Shown here one piece after another: positions 15,687 through 21,849 of a stretch of DNA of 21,849 bases (within the stretch, counting starts at the first letter, position 1; the number at the start of each line of letters is the position of its first letter). Location: contig DATLVL010000009.1 of NCBI GenBank assembly GCA_035577525.1, forward strand, positions 1 through 21,849, written 5' to 3'. The notes below the pieces were generated by a model. It worked only from the letters and a program-made list of their open reading frames with translations, was not told the origin of the DNA and did no database searches. Origin of the DNA: Gemmatimonadales bacterium. GTDB lineage: Bacteria; Gemmatimonadota; Gemmatimonadetes; Gemmatimonadales; GWC2-71-9. The position numbers and the translations under genes were made by a program.

Positions 15687-16580
15687 ATGGGGATTCTACC
15701 GATGTATGCAAGACGGATATCGTTCGGCGGTTTGTCGATCGTCGCATGTGTGACGTCACTCTCTGCTCAGCAAGCTCCAGCCAAAACGCCGCCGCGCCCT
15801 GCACCTGCCGCACCGGTCGACCGCGGCGCCCGAACACCGGACTACCCGGAGCATCCGCCTGCCCCGCCCGAGCAGGTCGCGCGCGGCCAGGTGCTGTTTC
15901 GCAGTAACTGCAGCTTCTGCCACGGCTCGGATGCGAGAGGCGGAGAAAAAGGCCCGAACCTGGTCCGTGACGTGGTGGTGCTGCGCGATCAGAACGGCGA
16001 GACGATCACGCCGATCGTGCAGAACGGCATCCCCGCCGCTGGGATGCCGAAGTTCGCGCTCCCCGCGTCCGACATCACCGACATCGCCGCCTGGCTGCAC
16101 AGCCAGCCGCTGTCCGACCGCGGCACGCCCAGCGCCCTCGACATCCTGGTGGGCGACGCGAAGAAGGGGGCGGCCTACTTCAGTGGACCCGGACGCTGCA
16201 CGCAGTGCCATTCGGTGACCGGAGATCTCGCGGGGATCGGCGGCAAGTACGAGCCCAAGATGATCCAGAATCTGATCGTCTCGGGGAGCAACTACGGCGG
16301 GCGTCGCCGCTCAGCCGGCGCGGCAGCGCAGAAGACGCAGCCCGTGACGGTGACGGTGACCTTGCCCTCGGGACAGCGCTTCCAGGGGGAGCTCGATCAC
16401 ATCTCCGCATTCATTGTTGCGCTGAGAGACTCGACGGGGACCTACCGCAGTTTTCCTCGGCGCGACACGATCCCGACCGTCGTGGTGAACGTTCCGTTTC
16501 AATGGCACCTCGACATGCTGCCGCAGTGGCGTGACACGGACATTCATGACCTGACGGCATATCTCGTCACGTTGAAATGA
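15687..16580 (+). CDS. diheme c-type cytochrome (probable electron acceptor for the downstream PQQ dehydrogenase)
   Basis: It is the real 3' part of track ORF 14523..16580; the 5' part is antisense to flotillin. The start is ATG 15687 (MGILPMYARR...) or ATG 15702 (MYARRISFGGLSIVACVTSLSA, a cleaner signal peptide). There are two CxxCH heme motifs: CSFCH (~aa 75-79) and CTQCH (~aa 171-175). Confidence 0.8.
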   Translation: MGILPMYARRISFGGLSIVACVTSLSAQQAPAKTPPRPAPAAPVDRGARTPDYPEHPPAPPEQVARGQVLFRSNCSFCHGSDARGGEKGPNLVRDVVVLRDQNGETITPIVQNGIPAAGMPKFALPASDITDIAAWLHSQPLSDRGTPSALDILVGDAKKGAAYFSGPGRCTQCHSVTGDLAGIGGKYEPKMIQNLIVSGSNYGGRRRSAGAAAQKTQPVTVTVTLPSGQRFQGELDHISAFIVALRDSTGTYRSFPRRDTIPTVVVNVPFQWHLDMLPQWRDTDIHDLTAYLVTLK

Positions 16581-16649
16581 CCGGGCATCGTCTGCGGCGC
16601 AAACGGTTTGTCTCAGGCTTTCCCTCTACGCCGACCTCCTGGTGAGTCA

Positions 16650-18350
16650 ATGATGAAAACAGCCGCGCTTCTCCTGATGTGTTTGAGTGGGGCCAGCTCG
16701 CTGAGAGCCCAGGGTCTGGACTCTGCCACGCTGACCAAGCCCGCGACCGACGCCTGGCCGACGTACGCGGGCGACTACACCCAGCGTCGCCACAGCTCGC
16801 TCACGCAGATCGACACGAGCAACGTGCACAACCTTTCGCTCGCCTGGGTGCGGCGCCTCACTTCTGGAGCCGGTGGCGGCGAATTCAACTGGTTCGGGCC
16901 GCCCCCCGGGCCGCCCGCCATCACCGGCGGCGTCGCCGAGGAGCCGGTGAACATGCCCGGAGCGACGAGCGGATCCCCGCGCCTCTCGGGATCGATCCTG
17001 CAGGTCAATGGCATCCTGTACGTGACCGCGCCGGACAATGCCTGGGCGATGGATGCTCGCGACGGGCACATCCTCTGGCACTACTGGTGGAAATCCCGCG
17101 GCGGCACGCACATCGGCAACCGCGGCATGGCGATGTATGGCGACTGGGTGTTCTTCGAAACGCCCGACGACTACCTGGTGTCGCTCGACGCCAAGACCGG
17201 CGCGGAGCGCTGGCACAAGGAGATCTCCGATTTCAGCCAGCAGTACTTCTCGACCATGGCACCAGTGGTCGTGGGCAATCACGTCCTCGTCGGCACGGGC
17301 GACGATCTCGATTCACCGGGATTCCTGCAGTCCTTCGACCCGAACACGGGTGACCTGCAGTGGAAGCTGTACACGGTGCCGATGGAAAAGGGTGATCCGG
17401 CGCTCGCCACGTGGGGCAGTCTCGACGCAGCGCGCCACGGCGGCGCGCAGGTGTGGATGCCTGGCTCGTACGATCCCGAGACGCAGGCCTACATCTTCGG
17501 CACCGGAAATCCCACGCCGGCCTACACCGGCGCGCTGCGCGCCCCGCGCGAGTCGCACACCAACCTCTACACCTGCTCCGTGATGGCGGTGAACGTCAAC
17601 ACCGGCAAACTGATGTGGTACTACCAGACCTCGCCCAACGACACGCACGATTGGGATGCGACGCAGGCGCCCGTGCTCGTCGACGGGCCGTTCGCGGGCA
17701 AGCCGCGGAAGATGGTGCTGCAGGCGTCGCGCAACGGCTACTTCTTCGTGTTGGACCGCACCAACGGCGCGCACCTGCTCACCGGGAAGTACTCGGAGGC
17801 CGCCAACTGGGCCGCCGGCGTCAATGCCGCGGGACAGCCGGTGCGCGATCCGGCAAAGGACAACACCGTCCCCGGCGCGCTGGTCTCACCGGACAACGGC
17901 GGTGCCACCAATTGGCCGCCGCCGGCGTTCGATCCCCAGAACGGGCTGCTCTACGTGCCGCTGCACGAGATCTACGCGATGTATTACCTGACGGACAAAG
18001 ATCCGCGCATGCTCGTGGGCCTGGGCGGGAGCGAGCAGGACTATGTCGGCGGGCTCGGCAGCTCGCTCGTCGCGATCGATTACCAGACGGGCAAGGTCGC
18101 CTGGAAATACCGCATGGGTTTTGGGTTTGGGGGCAGCGGGTTACTTACCACGGCGGGTGGCTTGTTGTTCGCCAACGATGGCGCGGGGAGTCTCGTTGCG
18201 TTGGGCTTGCAGGGGCGGAACCCCCCGGCGCCGCTCTGGCACGCGCAGATCGGCTCGGTCGACAACGCACCGGAGACCTACACCGTGGACGGCCGGCAGT
18301 ACGTGCTCGTGGCTGGCGATGGCGCCATCTGGGCGTTTTCCCTGCAATAG
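16650..18350 (+). CDS. PQQ-dependent dehydrogenase (quinoprotein, methanol/ethanol-dehydrogenase-like 8-bladed beta-propeller)
   Basis: ATG at 16650 with a GGTGAG SD; the track's TTG at 16608 is an extension. The signal peptide is MMKTAALLLMCLSGASSLRAQG. Quinoprotein signatures: WPTYAGDYTQRRHSSLTQIDTSNVHNLSLAW, repeated A.D..tG..lW propeller motifs (AMDARDGHILWHY, SLDAKTGAERWHK, SFDPNTGDLQWKL, AVNVNTGKLMWYY, AIDYQTGKVAWKY), and THDWDATQAPVLVD. I see no vicinal Cys-Cys pair. Confidence 0.8.
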   Translation: MMKTAALLLMCLSGASSLRAQGLDSATLTKPATDAWPTYAGDYTQRRHSSLTQIDTSNVHNLSLAWVRRLTSGAGGGEFNWFGPPPGPPAITGGVAEEPVNMPGATSGSPRLSGSILQVNGILYVTAPDNAWAMDARDGHILWHYWWKSRGGTHIGNRGMAMYGDWVFFETPDDYLVSLDAKTGAERWHKEISDFSQQYFSTMAPVVVGNHVLVGTGDDLDSPGFLQSFDPNTGDLQWKLYTVPMEKGDPALATWGSLDAARHGGAQVWMPGSYDPETQAYIFGTGNPTPAYTGALRAPRESHTNLYTCSVMAVNVNTGKLMWYYQTSPNDTHDWDATQAPVLVDGPFAGKPRKMVLQASRNGYFFVLDRTNGAHLLTGKYSEAANWAAGVNAAGQPVRDPAKDNTVPGALVSPDNGGATNWPPPAFDPQNGLLYVPLHEIYAMYYLTDKDPRMLVGLGGSEQDYVGGLGSSLVAIDYQTGKVAWKYRMGFGFGGSGLLTTAGGLLFANDGAGSLVALGLQGRNPPAPLWHAQIGSVDNAPETYTVDGRQYVLVAGDGAIWAFSLQ

Positions 18351-18392
18351 CGGCTGTCGATTTTTGGGAGCCTCGTTCGTCGCCTGGGTTGA

Positions 18393-18413
18393 GAGGCCGG
18401 ATCCGCCGGCCTC
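18393..18413 (+). other. short GC hairpin downstream of the PQQ dehydrogenase (possible weak terminator or RNA-stability element)
   Basis: gaggccgg (18393..18400) pairs with ccggcctc (18406..18413) over a 5-nt loop. No U-tract follows. Confidence 0.25.
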
Positions 18414-18439
18414 GAAAACCCTCGCGTGCGGAGACGGAG

Positions 18440-18799
18440 ATGCCATTCCTTTCAATCATTAAAGCCGCGGAGAACCAGGGTGCGCCCCCGGCAGGCTTAC
18501 TCGCGGCGATGGACACGTTCGTGGCGCAGTCGCTGCAGGAGAGATCGGTGATCCAGACCGGTGGTCTGGCGCCGAGTGCCGCGGGGTTCAAGATCCGGAT
18601 GACGGGCGGGAAGCTCGTGGTCACCGATGGGCCGTTCACCGAGTCCAAGGAGGTGGTGGGCGGGTACGCGGTGCTCGCGGCGGCGACTCGGGCTGAGGCG
18701 CTCGACGCGGCGCGCCGGTTCATGGATCTCCACGTGAAGCATTGGCCGACCTGGGTGGGCGAGTGCGAAGTGCGGGAGGTCGTGTTCCTGGCGCCGTGA
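18440..18799 (+). CDS. YCII-related / DGPF-domain small protein (119 aa)
   Basis: ATG at 18440 with a GGAGA/GGAG SD immediately upstream. MPFLSIIKAAENQG...KLVVTDGPFTESKEVVGGYAVLAAATRAEALDAARRF... shows the DGPF signature plus the hydrophobic core of YciI-like proteins. It is the 3' end of track ORF 17411..18799. Confidence 0.7.
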   Translation: MPFLSIIKAAENQGAPPAGLLAAMDTFVAQSLQERSVIQTGGLAPSAAGFKIRMTGGKLVVTDGPFTESKEVVGGYAVLAAATRAEALDAARRFMDLHVKHWPTWVGECEVREVVFLAP

Positions 18800-18829
18800 A
18801 GTCTGTTGCTGGATCGACCGAGCGACTTG

Positions 18830-18860
18830 GGCCCCCGCGTAATGGCGGGGGCCTTGTCGT
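18830..18860 (+). terminator. intrinsic terminator-like hairpin after the YCII-like gene
   Basis: ggcccccgc (18830..18838) pairs with gcgggggcc (18845..18853) over a 6-nt loop, followed by TTGTCGT (T-rich but imperfect). Confidence 0.45.
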
Positions 18861-18923
18861 ACTCGGCACGTCTCGTTGTGCTGGACGAGCGGGATGGACT
18901 GAGGCTGTAGATTGTAGGTCGAT

Positions 18924-20396
18924 ATGTCATCTCCTCCCCTCGCAGCGGAAGCGCGCGACCAATTACTGGCCCGTTTCGAGCTCCTGCGACAGGTCCTCGA
19001 GACGCTCCCCGTTGGGGTCGCCGTGGTCGACCGTGCCGGCGACATCCTGCTCGCGAATGCCACGTCGCAACGTATTTGGGGTGACCTGATTGTCTCGGGC
19101 GACGACCGACGGGCACAGAGCATTGGTTTTTGGCACGACTCCGGAACGCGGATTGCCCCGACGGAGTGGGCGTCCGTCCGTGCGATATCGGAAGGGAAGA
19201 CCAGTCTCAACGAGTTGATCGATATCGAGACGTTCCACGGGCAGCGGAAGACCATGCAGAACTCCGCGGCACCGATCCGTAACACGGAAGGGGCGATCAT
19301 CGGGGCCGTGGTCGTCAACGAAGATGTCACCGAGCGGGTCCGGGCCGAGGAGGCGCTGCGCAAGATCGAGCGGCTGCTGGTGGACGCGGAGAAGCTCGGC
19401 CAGACCGGCAGTTGGGAGCAGGACTTCATCAGCGGAGCGATCATCAACTCCGAGGCGAATCTCCGGCTCTTCTTCGGCGACGACCGCAGCAAAGGCGCAC
19501 GGCTCGAGGACTACCTCGACGCGGTCCATCCCGACGACCGTGACTGGGTCCTAGGCCGGCGCGGCCAGATGCTCGACGGCACCGGGTCCTCCGACATCGA
19601 GTACCGGGTCGTATGGCCCGACGGCAGCGTGCACTGGATCTTTGGCCGCGCCACCGTGGTGCGCGATCCGGGCGGCCGGCCGGTCCGTGTGTACGGGACC
19701 AACGCGGACGTCACCGAGCGCAAGCGTGCCGAAGAGGAGCTGGCGCGTCGCACCCGGCAGCTCGAGTCCTTGTCGCACCAGCTGATCGAAGCGCAAGAGG
19801 CCGAGCGGCGCGCCGTCGCGCGCGAGCTGCACGACGATTTCGGCCAGGTGCTCACCGCCCTGAAGCTCACCCTGCAGCGGCGCGAGCGCGACGACGCGGA
19901 AAGCATCGCCCTGGTCGACGGCGCAATCGCGCGCATGCGCGACCTCGCTCAGGACCTCCGCCCGCCGGTGCTCGACGAGTTGGGCCTCGAGGCGTCGCTC
20001 CGCTGGTACGTGGAACGGGAGGCCAAACGTGCCGGGCTCGGCTTCCGCCTCGCTCTCGCGCCGTTGGACCAACGACCCCAGGCTACGGTGGAGATCACCT
20101 GCTTCCGGGTCGCCCAGGAGGCGCTCACCAACATCATCCGCCACGCGCACGCGCGCCATCTCGCCGTCGAGCTGGGCGCTGCCGATGACGTGCTGCAGCT
20201 GGTCGTGCGCGACGACGGGCAGGGCTTCGATGTGCCGGCCGCCCGCGCGCGCGCCGCGCGCGGGGAGAGCCAGGGCCTGCTCATCATGCGGGAACGCGTC
20301 GCACTGGCCGGGGGGGAGCTGGAGATCGACTCTGCGCCCGGTCAGGGCACGGCGATCCGCGCGCGCATTCCACTGGCGCACGAAACTGGCGCATGA
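18924..20396 (+). CDS. cytoplasmic sensor histidine kinase: two PAS domains + HisKA_3 + HATPase_c (NarL-partner type)
   Basis: ATG at 18924. No TM segments. The PAS-like blocks are LETLPVGVAVVDRAGDILLANATSQRIWG...TEGAIIGAVVVNEDVTERVRAEE and GSWEQDF...YRVVWPDGSVHWIFGRATVVRDPGGRPVRVYGTNADVTERKRAEEEL. The HisKA_3 H-box is ERRAVARELHDDFGQVLTALKL. ATP-lid motifs are QEALTNIIRHA...VRDDGQGF...GQGLLIMRERVALAGGELEI...GQGT. Confidence 0.85.
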   Translation: MSSPPLAAEARDQLLARFELLRQVLETLPVGVAVVDRAGDILLANATSQRIWGDLIVSGDDRRAQSIGFWHDSGTRIAPTEWASVRAISEGKTSLNELIDIETFHGQRKTMQNSAAPIRNTEGAIIGAVVVNEDVTERVRAEEALRKIERLLVDAEKLGQTGSWEQDFISGAIINSEANLRLFFGDDRSKGARLEDYLDAVHPDDRDWVLGRRGQMLDGTGSSDIEYRVVWPDGSVHWIFGRATVVRDPGGRPVRVYGTNADVTERKRAEEELARRTRQLESLSHQLIEAQEAERRAVARELHDDFGQVLTALKLTLQRRERDDAESIALVDGAIARMRDLAQDLRPPVLDELGLEASLRWYVEREAKRAGLGFRLALAPLDQRPQATVEITCFRVAQEALTNIIRHAHARHLAVELGAADDVLQLVVRDDGQGFDVPAARARAARGESQGLLIMRERVALAGGELEIDSAPGQGTAIRARIPLAHETGA

Positions 20397-21046
20397 GCGT
20401 CCTGCGACTGGTACTCGTCGACGATCACGCGCTGGTGCGCGCTGGACTCCGCGCGCTGCTCGGCGAGATGGCCGGCGTGTCCGTCGTGGCCGAGGCCGGC
20501 GACGGCCGTGAAGCGCTACAATTGATTCGCGAGCACAAGCCCGACATCGCGCTGCTGGACATCTCCCTGCCGGGGCTCAACGGCCTGGAGGTCGCGGCGC
20601 GGGTCGCCAAAGAGCATCCGGCGACGCGCGTCATCATCCTTTCCATGCACGGCGACGACGAATCCGTACGGCGCGCGCTCACTGCCGGTGCGTCGGGCTA
20701 CCTGCTCAAGAACTCGGACCGGAGCGAACTCGAGCTGGCGCTGCGCACCGTGGCGCGCGGCAACGCGTGGCTGAGCCCAGCGGTCACGAAAATGGTGGTC
20801 ACGGCGTTCGCGGAGGGCGCCCGCGCTCCCGCCCAGGGAGCTTTCGAGGTGCTCACCCCCCGCCAACGCGAGGTGCTGCAGCTCATCGCTGAGGGCTACT
20901 CCAGCAAGGAGATCGCCGGCCGACTCAATCTGTCTCCCAAGACCGTCGAAACTCACCGCACCGAGCTGATGGAGCGTCTTGGCATCCACGGCGTGGCGGG
21001 CCTGGTGCGCTACGCGATCCAGATCGGCCTCGTGCAGCCCGACTAG
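20393..21046 (+). CDS. NarL/FixJ-family response regulator (receiver + LuxR-type HTH)
   Basis: ATG at 20393 overlaps the kinase stop (ATGA). The receiver is LRLVLVDDHALVRAGL...PDIALLDISLPGLNG...ILSMHGD. The LuxR HTH is LTPRQREVLQLIAEGYSSKEIAGRLNLSPKTVETHRTELMERLG. Confidence 0.9.
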   Translation: MSVLRLVLVDDHALVRAGLRALLGEMAGVSVVAEAGDGREALQLIREHKPDIALLDISLPGLNGLEVAARVAKEHPATRVIILSMHGDDESVRRALTAGASGYLLKNSDRSELELALRTVARGNAWLSPAVTKMVVTAFAEGARAPAQGAFEVLTPRQREVLQLIAEGYSSKEIAGRLNLSPKTVETHRTELMERLGIHGVAGLVRYAIQIGLVQPD

Positions 21047-21167
21047 GTAAACCTCCCAACCAATCCCGGGCCTTCACCCGAGTCCGTCGTCCGGCTGGCT
21101 CCTCTAGACTTGCGTACTGGAGGGGTGGCCTAAGACTCATCGCTTTGGTGAAGGAGAGTCTCGCGCA

Positions 21168-21849
21168 GTGCCCGCCGTCATCCGGATCCTCATCGTCGAA
21201 GATCTCGCTGCGCACGCGGAGCTGATGGCGTGGCAGCTGGAGCACTCGGGCCTCAGCTGCGAAACGCTACGGGTCCAGAGCGAAGCGGAGCTGCTCCGAG
21301 CGCTCGCCAGCTTCGCCCCCGACGTGGTGCTTTCCGATCACTCGCTGCCGCAATTCAGCGCGGATCAGGTGCTGCGAGTGATGCAGCGCGAGCGTCCGCT
21401 TCTTCCCGTCATCATCGTCACCGGCTCGCTCGACGAGGAAACCGCCGCCGACTACATCAAGGCCGGCGCCGTCGACTACGTCGTCAAGGACCGCCTGTAC
21501 CGGCTCGGCCCAGCGGTGCGTCGCGCCCTGGCACTGCGGCAGGCCCAGCAGGACGCGCTCGACTTCCAGGACGCGCTGCGGCGCAGCGAGCAGCGGTTCC
21601 GCAAGCTGGTCGAGCACTCGAGCGACGTCATCACCCTGCTCGATGCGGCGGGTCGCATCGTCTATAGCACGCAATCCATCCACGCAACACTCGGGTACGC
21701 GGAGGGGGAACGCGTCGGCTCCCTGGTCTTCGAGCTGATCCATCCCGACGATCGCTCCAAGGCGGAGGCGCTATTCCAGGAGGTCACGGCGGAGCGCGGC
21801 GTCGTGGCACGCGCCGACTTGCGGGTACGCCACAAGGACGGAACCTGGC
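21168..21849 (+). CDS. response-regulator receiver domain fused to a PAS domain (partial CDS; the 3' end lies beyond the right edge)
   Basis: GTG at 21168 with AAGGAG 11 nt upstream; an in-frame stop at 21105 limits any extension. The receiver is RILIVEDLAAHAELMAWQLEHSG...PDVVLSDHSLPQFSADQVL...PVIIVTGSLDEETAADYIKAGAVDYVVK. A PAS-like region follows (FRKLVEHSSDVITLLDAAGRIVY...FELIHPDDRSKAEALF...RVRHKDGTW). There is no stop in the window, hence it is absent from the ORF track. Confidence 0.75.
   Translation, partial: MPAVIRILIVEDLAAHAELMAWQLEHSGLSCETLRVQSEAELLRALASFAPDVVLSDHSLPQFSADQVLRVMQRERPLLPVIIVTGSLDEETAADYIKAGAVDYVVKDRLYRLGPAVRRALALRQAQQDALDFQDALRRSEQRFRKLVEHSSDVITLLDAAGRIVYSTQSIHATLGYAEGERVGSLVFELIHPDDRSKAEALFQEVTAERGVVARADLRVRHKDGTW

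Noticed and set aside
17411-18439. 5' part of + strand ORF 17411..18799
   Set aside because: Alternative frame overlapping the PQQ dehydrogenase gene with Arg-rich junk composition. Only the last 119 codons (from ATG 18440, with an SD) form the YCII-like protein.
18145-19492. minus-strand ORFs 18145..19116 (323 aa) and 18497..19492 (331 aa)
   Set aside because: Antisense to the PQQ dehydrogenase 3' end, the YCII gene and the histidine-kinase gene. Ser/Arg/Pro-rich composition, and no SD-linked starts.
19551-20381. 276-aa minus-strand ORF
   Set aside because: Antisense to the histidine kinase, whose + frame carries HisKA_3 and HATPase motifs. GC-frame artefact.
1-21849. CRISPR arrays, tRNA/rRNA genes, IS elements, prophage or integrase genes
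   Set aside because: No spaced direct repeats, no cloverleaf-like conserved tRNA stretches, no transposase or integrase motifs (DDE, tyrosine recombinase RHRY) noticed by eye. A proper tRNAscan or ISfinder search was not possible.

Overview
High-GC (about 68%) bacterial chromosomal window with Shine-Dalgarno-type ribosome-binding sites, possibly Gemmatimonadota- or Acidobacteriota-like (low confidence). I see no rRNA, tRNA, CRISPR array, transposase or integrase.

Gene content, left to right:
- Minus strand: the 5' end of a bacterial Hen1-type RNA 3'-terminal 2'-O-methyltransferase (Pnkp/Hen1 RNA-repair cassette) running off the left edge. It is preceded by a tightly coupled 105-aa unknown ORF.
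- Upstream of that: a 250-nt leader carrying a promoter-like element, a 41-aa Arg-rich uORF with a good SD, and a strong intrinsic terminator with a candidate antiterminator. This is the most interesting candidate in the window.
- Minus strand, same direction: a glycan-degradation-like cluster of a membrane protein, a type IV pilin-like protein (ATGA-coupled), a GH3 beta-glucosidase, a beta-helix/PA14 protein and a lipoprotein HExxH metalloprotease.
- Plus strand: a CBM9-like/DUF5916 protein.
- A secreted unknown protein, then a membrane-anchored SARP/BTAD-TPR regulator, convergent on a flotillin (SPFH) gene.
- A diheme cytochrome c plus PQQ-dependent dehydrogenase pair, and a YCII/DGPF-like protein.
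- A PAS-PAS HisKA_3 histidine kinase, a NarL-type response regulator (ATGA-coupled), and a receiver-PAS protein truncated at the right edge.

Many long ORFs in the six-frame track are GC-driven antisense artefacts and were rejected.
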